From Chrysemys picta bellii (Eukaryota), in contig NC_088814.1 in assembly GCF_011386835.1 (NCBI RefSeq), positions 930,001-994,000 on the forward strand: a stretch of DNA of 64,000 nucleotides, in the 5' to 3' direction. Within the stretch, counting starts at the first letter, position 1. Each line of letters starts with the position of its first letter. The notes beneath the pieces were generated by a model that had not been told where the DNA came from, ran no database searches, and saw only the letters and a program-made list of their open reading frames with translations. A program made the translations under genes and the position numbers. Below are positions 11,236 through 23,400 of this stretch, piece after piece.

Positions 11236-14200
11236 GTTGCTGCAGCCACGAAGGCAGAGGAGACTCCTGGAGCTTTACAGCAGCTCCCAGAGAAGCTGCC
11301 GTCAGCCTGTTTGGACTGTGGCTGGATGGTTAGTACAGGAAACATGAAAGGTGGAGAGAGGCTGGGGGAGGAGATCTGAAATTTGTGGGGACTAGAAAGG
11401 GAAGGTCTTTGCTCCCAGCCCATCCAGCACGCTCGGTGGGCCTCCAAGCGCACTGCATTAGGAAAACTACTGGAGCCGCAGGGCCAGTGACTCATAAGAC
11501 AAATTTCACATCATTATGTCGCTTTTTTTAGTTTGGCCAGTTTGCTTAGGTTCCCACGAGGGCTGGGATGGTGTTGTCAGCATCAGGTTAGGGAATGGAG
11601 GTGGGCACATTACCAGCCTGTGAGAGTGGAGATTTCACCACCACAGCTTAGAATTTCACCTCTTTGCATTTCACTGAGTTTCCCTAATGTCCCAGGCTCT
11701 TTCCTTCCGCACACCCACGCCCTGGCAGTGTGGTTTTGGGTCCCAGTTTGACCTCCAGCAGCAGGTCCTGTGTGGAGGAACGTGCCCAGCTATGGAATAG
11801 CCAAAGGGATGGGGCAGCCCCGGCCAGGTCATTTAGGGCCTTAGTCTCAGCACCCAAATCACAATTACTAATTAGCCCCAGCATCATGCCCCTGCACAGC
11901 CTGTCATTAGCCAGTCTTGGTCACACTCCCATGAGACACCTCAGGGTCATTATTAGCCCTGCTCCGTGGGGCGAGAGGAGATGACTTCCTGCAGGGCACC
12001 GGGAGAGGCAGAGCCAGGGTTAGCACACAGGAGTCCCTGGATTCCACCCTCTCCCCAGGCTGCCTGGCCGCACACTGGTGACCAGCTTGGTACCGGATGG
12101 GCGGGTTCAGGGAAAATAGAAGGCACATTTTCCCTGGACTGAGCATGGCGCTGGCAGCCTCCTGCTGGAACTCCCACTGGTTAGCATGACTTTTCCAGCC
12201 TCACTTTAATAAGTGACTGTTTTCCTTGGTCTCCCTGAACCTCCAGAAAGGCGCAGGTGTCCCAATGTGCTGGTGAGACAGAGACAGGAGCCTGAGACTG
12301 TTCTGCAGAGAGCAGAGATCTGGGGCGCACAAGCCCTGCCGGATCTCCAGCCTGTGCTGAACACACAAGGAAACCAAGAGTCAAAGCAAGTTTCCATTCC
12401 TGCTGCCAGCCTCGCCTCACCCCTGCCTCCCCTCCCTCCCTCCTCCTGCAGGCAACACTCACTCTTTCCTGCTGGGGGCAGGTTGCTTCCTCCTCAGGCA
12501 GTTCCACCTTTACTTCGTCCATTGCAGCTTCCCTCACCTTGGCTTTGGACCCACCCCCCTGCCCTGTGGAGAAGCATTTAGCCAGCGCTGCTCTTGACAA
12601 AGTACCTACATCATCCCAGCAGCCTTCTCTGGCCTCGTCTGCAGCTGCGAAGACAGACACAAGCGGACTCATGTCATTTCTGAGTCCTTGGCAGCTAGTC
12701 TAGCGCTGTGGCGAGGGCAGGAGCCGCTGCGGTCACCATTCACCACAAGGCCTGTTGGCAGGAGAATTGGACACATGGCTACCCCAGAAACATGCATCTT
12801 CCATTCTGTGGGACTCGCTAGTATCACCCCTGCAGACAACACGAACCCAGGGAGGAGACAATCCAGGAGTGGCCCGTACAGCAGCCGGCTAAGAGCGATG
12901 CAATGACAGTTCACATCTCCTCTAAGCGGTCTAAAGCCAGGCACGGGCTGCAAACACAGTGCTTTTCTCAGTGACAGCGAGTGCTTAAAGAAAGGTGGAG
13001 AAGCCCTACAGCCGCCTGGATCCAGCGCCGAGGGAGCTTCAGGATGGCCTGAACACAAAGGCTTGGGACTTGTTCGGTGTGTTTCGATATAGATCTAAGC
13101 TCACTAGTTACCCCACAGTAAAAACCAACCAACCCACGCTAATGAGCGGCCTATTTGTGGGGAAGGATACAGCAACGTGGAGGGAATTTGCTCTTCTCTG
13201 CTACTGCTCCCACGAGTTTCGAGCCTGTGTATATGCCCCAGGATGTCCCAGTGCAGCGCAGTCTAAACGTGCAGTACTTGATACCGTCTACTTCTGTGGC
13301 ACTTTTCCAGCTGAGGGATCTGAAAGCATTTGATAAAGTTCTCCAGAAGGACAGCAGCCCCCCACTGCAGGCCATTTTCAGAGTAAGTGGAGAACAAACC
13401 TGAATCCATTTCAAACTGCCAGGGAAATTTCAGGAAGCAAATGAAATGAACTGAACAGCAGCACAGCCGGGACACCTGTGCAAACACTCCGACTCTTACG
13501 AAAAGTGAGCTGGCTTCTTTAAGAAGCACAAGTGCTAAAGGCCTTGGTTTTGTCTCAACTAAGAACACCTCCAGCAGCTAGCTAACTCGGAACGTAGAAA
13601 GTATCAAGTCTTCTTACTAGCAGCAACACAACTTTATTCCGTTTCAGAGCGTGTACCCCGTTCTACACGTCCTAGCCAGCCGCAGTACGGAACTTCTCGC
13701 AGCCCTGCCCCAGAGAATTCACTTCCTGCTGAGGTTTATTTTAGCTAAATTCCTTTTTGGAACCACCTATTGCTACATCCTGGGTTTGGTAAATTGCCCA
13801 CCTCTTCCTGCCCCCCTGAAGGAGTGAGAAGGGAAGAGTTTTGTGTTGTTCTGAGGAGAGCAGACTGTGCAGCTCACACAACAAGAACAGCTGCACAATC
13901 CGTCTCTGCAACATATCGGAACCAAACCCAAAGCCAGCCAGCGGCAGCACCAGAATGCCAGCCACCTGGGCAGGAAGCACATTACTCGACTCCCCAGGAG
14001 CTGGCTGGGTCTGTCTACTTGCAGGCAGAACTCCGGCTGCAGGGAGGTTTACGTTCCTTGTGCTCCCATTTTCTCCTGGCTGCTAGTTACATCATTTTAA
14101 ATGTCAAAGTAAGTTTGCTCGATGCTCATTCACCCTCATTATATTGTCTGCAGGGACGGGGCAGTTGGCTGCTGTGTCTTGTTGCCCTTTGATGGGCACT

Positions 14201-15899
14201 CACCTAGGTAACCTGGGATATTTTCCCCCCACACTCATCAGTTCAGGCCCTTTCTTTCGGTGGTAGTGAAGAGCGGGTGCTTTTCACGGTGCCACGGCAG
14301 GTTCTTTCGGCGTCAGCCCACGCTGACCCCCAGCTCCTGCGGCCTCACAACGAACAAGGGAATTTTATTTTAAGCCAGTCCTTTGCTCCTGTTGCGAAGG
14401 GGGCCTGGCCTCAGTAGGCCTTTGGCATTTCCCACGCCACAGGGAGCAGAGTCCTGGAGGGGGCCTCATAGGCAGCAGGAAACTCAGACTCTCTCCAGAA
14501 GCCGTTTCTCACATTCCTCAGTGGTTCCTAAGATTTGTAGTGAGATCCAGTGTGCTCGCATAGGTGCCAGCTGCTCAGGGCCGGGCGCACCACTGTTCGG
14601 TGGCTGGAGCAAGAGCAGCATCTAGTGGCCGTTGGCTCCAGACGGGGAACCCCTCCGTGTGTTCTTGAGAGGATGGCTTCTGTACAGAACAGACTCCGGC
14701 TCAGATCAAGCAGCCTTAACTACCTCAGACCCTCAGCGTCAACTGTCTACGTCCCCCCTTCACCCAGTCCAGGGGGTTACATGGACTGCAAATACCTGAC
14801 ACCACACTGAAGTGGAGTGTGCGGCAGGTTCCTTTCACCAAGGGGGGAGCCCAGCTCCAGGGCACTAAGGTCTCAAGAGACAGCATTAAGGGGGAGATTT
14901 CAACCCTCCCTCAGAGCTCAAGCTCATGGGAGAGGCAGCCTGGAAAGCATCGGTTGCCGTTGGAGAACGTGGTGGAGGCAGAAGGGAGCATGCATGCAGA
15001 CTAACGCAGAGGAGCAGGTCTCTAGCCCCAGGATGGGGCTGCTAGCTAGAAATACCAGACAAGGGATGACAGGAAAAGGAAAGGTCAGGATCCTGAGACC
15101 ACAGTCGCTTGGAACTCGGAGCAGGAAGTGGAATGACAGACACTGCTGCTGAGCTTTGCAGCTGGCCCGCATCTTTCCTCCCGTGTCTCCAGCCTAGTGG
15201 AAGGGGCCAGGTGAGAGCCCTGGGGCATGCTCTCTAGCCCACCAGCAGGCAGCCACGGTGAAGTTCCTCCCACAAGCAGGGCCTAGTCAATCCAGCCCCC
15301 ACCACTGAGGCTGACAACCCTGACGTGGGAGACACGCTCTACACACAGCTGCAGCCATGGCCCAAGGAAGATGCTCCAGGCACCAGCTACCTAGAGTTGG
15401 AGGCTCCCTTATCCCAGTCCCTGGTCCCCAGTGGCCCATTTTATTCCAAATGATTCTAGCAATTCCCAATCGCCCCACGCAGAAGTGAGTAATGGCAGTG
15501 TAAGGACATGGGGCCTCGGTACTAGGTTGCTGGATGCTAATGGAACCTCCGGGCTCCACACAGCAGCAGACTGTCTGGAGAAATGGGGAAGGAAAAGGAG
15601 ATGATATAGTTCAAGGGTGGAGCGAGTGGAGGTGAGAGAGGCAGGGCCAGACTGGGACAGAGGCGAGGCCTAGCCACTGACAGAGCATGTCTGACAACGC
15701 AGCATCACACAAGGGTCCCACGTAAGAATTCAAAGTACCTGTATTTTAATTTCTTGACATGGTAAAAGTTTTACATACGTTCATCTGGCAAGGAAAGTTG
15801 AACAGTCCAACAAATAAAAAGGAATCAGTACAAAGAAACACACAGTGAAGGTGCTGCTCCCAGGCAGCAGCTAAGACGCAGTTGGTTTGTTACTGAATA

Positions 15900-15905
15900 T
15901 TTATT
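15900..15905 (-). terminator. Probable PSME3 polyadenylation signal AATAAA
   Basis: TTTATT on the plus strand about 1.5 kb downstream of the PSME3 stop; more AATAAA hexamers at 14364, 13735 and 13633. Confidence 0.55.
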
Positions 15906-17411
15906 AACGGGAAGACGAAGATTGGACTTACTACAAACAACAACGAAGGAGTCTATCGAAAGGGCAGGGGGCCCTCCACGCTCAGAGCAACCCCTGGGAA
16001 ACCAGCAAGAGACAACGGGGCTCTTCAGCATAGAAGAAGAAACAAAAGCAACAGAACGCAAGAGGGAAGGAGAGGACGTTCATTCCATTTCTCACGACTA
16101 ACAACTCTAAGGCTACTGCACAAGAAGTTACAGGTGTGACAGTGAGACCCATGGAAGCTACAGGGGTCCAAGACCAACTGACCCAGCTTTCCCCTGAAGG
16201 AGGGTGTGAAGTAAAAATACCATAAATAAGAAAACGTAGAAGAAACCTGCAGCGTCATGAGCCCGTTTCCCACACATACAAAAACTGACCATGCAACCGA
16301 CCGTTTCCCATGGGGTTTGCAATGGGCCTGGGAGGAGCGCCTGGGCACAGGAGAAGGAATCGAGGTACCTTTCACGGGGTGCTGAGGTTCTGATACTGAT
16401 CTGCTGTGGCTGCTTTTGGCCGTCCTCATTCCAAAAGGTCAGCCATCGCAGCCAGCCTGCCCAACCCTGCCCCCCAATACACTCGGCAGGCGACTGTGCG
16501 TCACAACCTGCTAATTCCTTCGCATCAGTGGAGACTACGAGGACTTCACAATTTGAGCTCAGGCCTCTCCCTAACTTCATTCTGGACAGAAATGCCTCAC
16601 GCCGAAGGAGACGTGTGAGAGTTTAACATCGGTTTGAACCAAGAAAACTGCTTTTGTAGAGCCAAGAGGAAAGCTATGCACAGGAGCGAAAGCCACCCGG
16701 GCTCTGAACCTGCCAACTTAGCGGGACGTGACTGGGTGGCAGGTGCTCCACATAGCCCTCTGCACGGATCTAGCTGCATTTCACAAGGGAGAGGGACAAA
16801 CTGGGTGGGATCTAAAGTAAGATAGCTCTTTCCTGGCTTGTTCGAACCTAAAAATCTCTCCATGGCACTTTGCTGAGCGCGGCTGCAGCCTGGGCTAGGG
16901 GAGCCGCCTGCTCCAAAGGGGCACGTCCTCCCAGCCTTGCATTTAACAAGCATAAGACAACTAGCAGCAGAGGGGTCACTCAGCTGGCACTGAGAAGCAG
17001 CTGGCTTCTCGCAGGCAGCACACACTCTGTGGACTCACTCTAGTGCTGAAGACACTGCATCTCCTCCATTCCCAGGGACCCCAAGGAAACCCTGCAGCTG
17101 ACAGATGGGGGGCGAGGGGGAGAACCCCAGGGCTCGGTCTCTCATCCAATTCCCACCTAGCTAGGAAGAAAGGCTTGAAGGAGCATTCCCATCCCATGGC
17201 AGTGGCCCGCTCAATACCAATTACTACATTAGGGAGAGTTCCTGAGACCTGAACAAAACCAATCACAGAACTAGGCGAGGGTTTCTTTAGAGTTTAACTA
17301 AGAGTGCAATACTATTTCCAGCCAGTTTCCCATCTCGATAGTCACGTAACAAACCAAGGCAATGACGGTCTTTGAGTTGACTGAACAGTTCTCAAGTTCA
17401 AACGTTGACAC

Positions 17412-20400
17412 TTAGTAGAGAGTCTCAGCGTTGCTGCTCCGAGGCCTCTTGATCTTCTCAATGTTTTTAAGGATCATATCATGCAAAGTGACCTGGAAGG
17501 AGGAGGAGAAAGACCATGGATGCACGTCAAGAGTGGGACGTCCACGATTTGACTTAACTCCACTCTCACCATAAGCACTGGCCTAACCTGAGTAATGGCT
17601 GCTCTTAGTTACAGCCCCTTAGCCCTTCCCCACCTCACCAGCCCTTGCCCTCAAGCAGCATGTCATGTCTCATGTCAGGCAGTAAGCGCCTTAGGCAAGG
17701 CCTCGCCTGTCTGCACTCTGAAGAGACCAGCATGTTTTGGCCACTGAAAGCTCCACCGACGAGAGTGAGTTAGTTAACGGCGCCCAGGACTGGCCTACGC
17801 CATCTGGAGAGGTTGGGACGGAAGGTTCCAGCAAAGAGCACAATGAACTGCATGGCCCAGGACTCAGCCCAGAGGCGGGAAATACCAGACTCTTCAGGGC
17901 AGCGAGTCGCCGCTCTCTCTGCTTGCTAAGAGCAAAGGGAAAGCAGAGGCCCAGGCTCTGAGGTGGGATGGATCCCAAGGGTGCTTCTCCACAGGGGAAC
18001 GCATGAGCCGGGGTCCCAACTCTAACTCACATATTGATTCCTCAGCTCGGAGATGATTAAGCGCAGACTAATGTATTCCTTCTCATCAATTTCTGTCACC
18101 GTGCGGCGATAATCCTCCTACACAGAGAAGGGAGAACGTGGCTGTGAATAGCCTAAACGCCAGGCTGCCCCTCCCTCTACAGACATCAAGGGGGCTCTCT
18201 CCTGTTCAATCTCATGCATTCAAGGGCACGAGGGGACCGTTGTGATCATGTAGTGGGGCCCCCTGTATAGCACAGGCCAGAGACCTGCCCCAAATAATTC
18301 CTACAGCTGAGAGTTTAGGAAAACCTCCAATCTTGAGTTAAAAATTGACAGTGATGTAAAATCCACCACGACCCTCAGGAAACCGTTCCAGTGGTTAGTT
18401 ACTCCCCCGGTTAACACCACACACCTTATTTCCGGTCTGGATTTGTCTGGCTTCAGCTTCCAGCCAATGGATCGTATTAGACCTTCCTCCGCCAGACTGA
18501 AGTGCCCAGTATCAAATATTGGTCCCCCCGGTAGCTACTTCTAGACTGTGATCAAGTCACCCCTAAACCTGCTCTTTGACTAAATAGATTGAGCTCTTTG
18601 AGTCTCTCACCATAAGGCAGGTTTTCTAATCTTTTAATCATTCTCGCAGCTCTGCTCGGAGCCCTCTCCAATTTATCAACCTCCTTCTTGAATTGTGGAC
18701 ACCCCACAACTAGAGACAGGATTCTGGTAACAGCTGCACCAGTGCCAACACAGAGTTAAAATCACCTCTCTGCTCCCGCTCAAAATTCCCCTGTTTATGC
18801 ATCCTAGGATCACATTAGCTCTTTTGGCCACAGCATCACACTGGGATCCACCATGACCCCTAGATCTTTTTCTGAGTCACTGCTTCCCTACATTCTTTGT
18901 TCCCAGAGGTACATTTATCCATATTAAAACAGATATGGTTTGCTTGCACCCAGTTTACCAAGCAATCAAAATCACTCTGAATCTGTGACCTGTCCTCTTC
19001 ATTACTTACCACCCCCAATTTTTGTCAACTGCAAACTTTATTACTGATGATTTTGTGTTTTCTTCCAGGTCATTGATAAAGATGTTAAATAGTATAGGGC
19101 CAAGAACTGATCCCTTCAGGATCCCACTGGAAACAGACTCGTTCAATGACGATTCCCCATTTACAATTACATTTTGAGACCTATCAGTTAGCTGGTTTTT
19201 AATCCATTTAATGTGGGCCATGTTCATTTTATCTCATTCTAGTTTTTTAATCAAAATGTTGTGTGGTACCAAGTCAAACGCCTTACAGAAGTCTAAGTAT
19301 ATTACATCAACACTATCACATTTATTAACCAAACTTGTAATTTTATAAAAAAAATGTATCAAGTTAGTTTGAAAGAATCAGTTTTTCATAAAACCATGTT
19401 GATATGCATCAGTTACATTGTCTTCCTTAGTTCTTTAGTAATCAAACCCCATATCAGACACTCATTGTCTTGCCTGGGATTGCTGTCAGGCCTATTATTA
19501 CCCAGGTACTCCCATTCACCCTGTATATACTGGCACAACATTAGCTGTCTTCCAGTCTTCTGGAACTTCCTCAGTGCTCCAAGACTTATTGAAAAAAAAT
19601 CAACATTAACAGTCCAGCGAGCTCCTCAGTCAGCTCTTTTAAAACTCCTGGATGCAAGTTATCTGGACCTGCTGATTTCAAAATGTCTCACTTTAGTAAC
19701 AGCTGCTTAACATCCTCCAGAGATACTAGTATAGTGGAAATAGTGTTATCACCATAGGCTGAGACTGTATGGTCTGTTTTTCCCCCCCCCAAATGTAGAA
19801 CAGAATTATTTAGTGACCATTTTCACCTTTTCTGTGTTATTATTGGTAATTCTACCATCTCCATCTAGTAATGGACCAATACCATTGGCGGGTTCTTTTT
19901 GTTCTTCATATATTTTAAAACTCCCTCTTAATGCCCTTTATTCTACTGGCCATAGATTTCTCCTTGTGTCTCTTTGCATCCCTTATCGATTTTCTACAAT
20001 TCCTAACTTCTGATTTATATTTATTATTATGAGTTTTCTTTTCCCTTGAGAGAAGCCAGATCCTTCCAGCCCTGCAGGCTCCCCTCCCAGGGCTCCTAGC
20101 CACCACAGGGTCCCTCCGCCAACCCTCCAGGCTCCCAGGCCCCACAGGACTCTGGCAGCTGCTGCTTAAGGGAGTCAGTGATAGAAACAGCCAGTCGAGG
20201 GCTATCCACAGAAACAGAAAAACAATTAATTCTCTCCAACCCCAGCAAACGCTCAGCAAAGAGATGCTCCACTTACCACATGAGGATATTTTGCTATTTT
20301 GGAAACCAGCTTTGCCCTTGTGATATAGTATCTGGAAGGGAAGAGGGTAGATTTAATAGTCAGAAAATAGCAAAGCAGTGTTCTCAGACCTTGCCTTAGC

Positions 20401-23400
20401 CACGGGGCTCAAGTCCTTACCCAAAAGCACTCAGCCTCCCCAGAGAGGGACCCAGCGAAGATTGCTCATAGCCACCCCTTCCCCACCTCCACCTACCTAG
20501 AAATCTGGTCCAGATACGAAGCTGCCTCGCTCTCCACAGTCCGCAGCTCAGCCACCGTCTCCTCCTGCAAGGGAGCCACGGACACAGAGTGAGTGAGCTT
20601 CACAGCAGAAGCAAGAAACTCCAACCCCACTCACGTGTGCAGCCACCCAGGGTCCAGCAGCTCAGTCTCTGGCCACCTTTAAAGTTGCAACAGCTACTCG
20701 TCAGGGTAGAATCAGACACAGGTTTCGAGCCTCAGTCAGTTAGCGAAGGTTACAGGAACATAGGAGCCAGCAGGAACCATCAGTTCCTGGCCATAATGAC
20801 CCCCTGCACCAGCCCCACACAGCCCTACAAATTAAGGCTGCTGATCCTCTGAGCAAGGCAGACAAGTTCCTGGGAGATTCAGGGAAGAAAGCAATGCAAA
20901 TAGCTTCACACAACCACCCTGATCCTGCCAGGTTAGGGTGCTGGGTGGAGCACACAGCCTTCCTCAAACATGGGTCAGCTTTACTGGGTCTTGCAAAACT
21001 ATGGCACGGCTCCCAGGCCTCTGAGCAAAGTGAGGCTTTTAGGCCCTCTCTGCCCCTCCCTCTTAGATGCCAGGGAAGGATTCAGGTTTCAACGACCCCT
21101 CGAAGAGCCCTTTGGAGGCAGAGCCAGGTGGATCTAATGAAAGGCTCCTCAGAAGCCCAAGATGCCCTGGCGTCTGGGGCACTGGCACATAAAGGAGCCA
21201 TGTGGCCACGGGTCACCTTACCTGAATAGAAACGCCAAAGTTGTTTCCATCTTCTATCCTGGGGATCAGAAGCTGCACCCACATTTTGACCTGGAGGGAC
21301 GCAAAATGACCCTGTGACTGACTGAGTGCAGACAGCACTGGAGGGCCCTGCCTTTAAATCAGGACCTCTTATTGGGGGCCCTCGGAAACTCTCGCTCGAG
21401 CAGCTCATCCCAAGACCGTCTCAGGGCCTGGCTCATGCGGGGACTGGGGACAAGGCCCGATGCCTTGACCTCTCCTGGGAGCCCAGGACATCCACCCAAG
21501 CATTAAGGGAAGATTCTGTCCCTCGATTTTACTGAAGCCCCACTCAGCAAGTATCCGCCACAGGCGTGCCTGGTGCTGTACAACGTCACAGAGACGCAAG
21601 CCCTTCCAAGCAAAGGACTGGCAGGAGGGAGCTAGCTGAGGGCTGCAGTGACTTCAGGCACTGGAGTCAGGGCAGCTCCAAGCACATTTGGGAAATGCAC
21701 CTGCCCCTTTGGGCAGCATCCTCTTCAGAGGCCACGAGAAGCGGGGGAGAGGCGGAGTCCTACATGGCCTTATCCTCGAGGTAGGATGGAGGCCTAGTCC
21801 ACTCTTTATGGATCCCTGAGAAGCCCTGATGCTATGGGGCAGGAATTTGGACAGCTGGGTCTGGGGGCTGGTTGCCGTACTGCCCCATGCTCAGGCCCAC
21901 ACCCACCGTGTTGCACTTCTCAATCAGCAGCCTGATCTCCGGTTTCACTTTCTCAATGATGTCCACTAGCTGCTGGTTACTCTTCAGCATCCCATTGGGC
22001 ATCACAAACACTTTGGTACCTAGCGCCAGAGGGGAAAGGTCAGTTATTCACAGCAGCTCACCTCAGAGACCGCCAGCTCTGCACGTGTGCTAACCACGCT
22101 GGATCACCGTGGGGACAGGGATATTTAACAGGCTATTACAAAGACTACCACACGGGAAGGGGAAGAGAGACAAGACCCGGGAAGAAACCCAAACTGGAGA
22201 AACAGGGTGCAAAGGGAGCTCCCTGAGGCACACGTAGGAGCTGCCTCTGTTTCAATGCAGCACGAGGCCTGGCAGCTCCCTCCTTCCACGAAGGGGTCAG
22301 GCGGCTCTAAGTCTGCTCCCTCCAGCAGCATGCCAGCTCCCATGAGCCCTACTCCAGTCTCTTGGGAGAGGCCAAGCTCTGCTCAGCAGAACCACTAGTG
22401 GGCTCCTCCGTGACTCAGTTTGTAAGAGGAAAGACGGACAGGCCTGGGTAGGGCAGTGGCAGTCGGGAGAGGGCAGGTGGAGCTTGTGCAGTTTCATACC
22501 CCTAGGCACGGAGCGCTGGCTCAGCGGGCAGGCAGCAGCACAGAGACTTGGGGACTCTTACCCTGGAAGGTCTCTTCACAGTCTTCCAGCTTCCTCTTTT
22601 TCATATTTGGCTAAAATACATACAACAAAACGTTTTACTCCCCAACCACCCGGGACTTAGCGCGACAGCAGCGAGGAAATTTCTTACAGAACATCTTCGA
22701 GGGTCCTGATTTCAGAGCAGCCTTCCCCCTCCAACTGGGGCTGGGTTACAGAGCAAACACAGCACCACCTCCAGCCAGGATCCACGGGCTGAAGAGACCA
22801 GTTCTCACATGCTCACGGGCGGCTGTGGCCTGTCGTTAACAGGGAACAGCCTAACCGAATGCACAGCAGGCCATGCAGGTTTAATTAATGTAGCCAAGGG
22901 AGGAATCTTACCCCGTCCAGTGCATCATGGCTGTTAGTGAGAAGGATCGGGTCAGGGACAGGAAGGTTCATGTCTGAGTGGATCTGGGTGAGATCATGAA
23001 TATTCAGGATGGACTCCTGGAAAACAACAAGAAGTCACATACAAATCTAACAACTTTTGTCATGTTAATCGCCAGGAAATGGGAGATTCCAGACCTCAGG
23101 TTTCATCCAGCCACCAGGCAAGCGAGAACAGAGGCAGGTAGGAAGATGGGACTGAGAGGACTAGGAAAATGGATTGTAAGTTTGGGACCGAACCCGTTAG
23201 GTTTCTATCCAGTGCCCAGCTGATGGGATCCATACACTATCACAGTCCGTAAGAGACACTGGGCCGAGTGTCATGGGCTAATGGCATTCAAATGGGTATA
23301 AAGCAAGTTTGGGACACTGCTATTCTCTGTTTTACTCTCTGCTCTGACTAAAGACAACCCCTCCCCAGGGTCAGGATTGCATGCTGGACACTGAAGTGAA

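Noticed and set aside
23011-23016. PSME3 exon 4 reads ESIL where I recall EPIL in human
   Set aside because: A single substitution that cannot be judged without an alignment; no evidence of functional importance.
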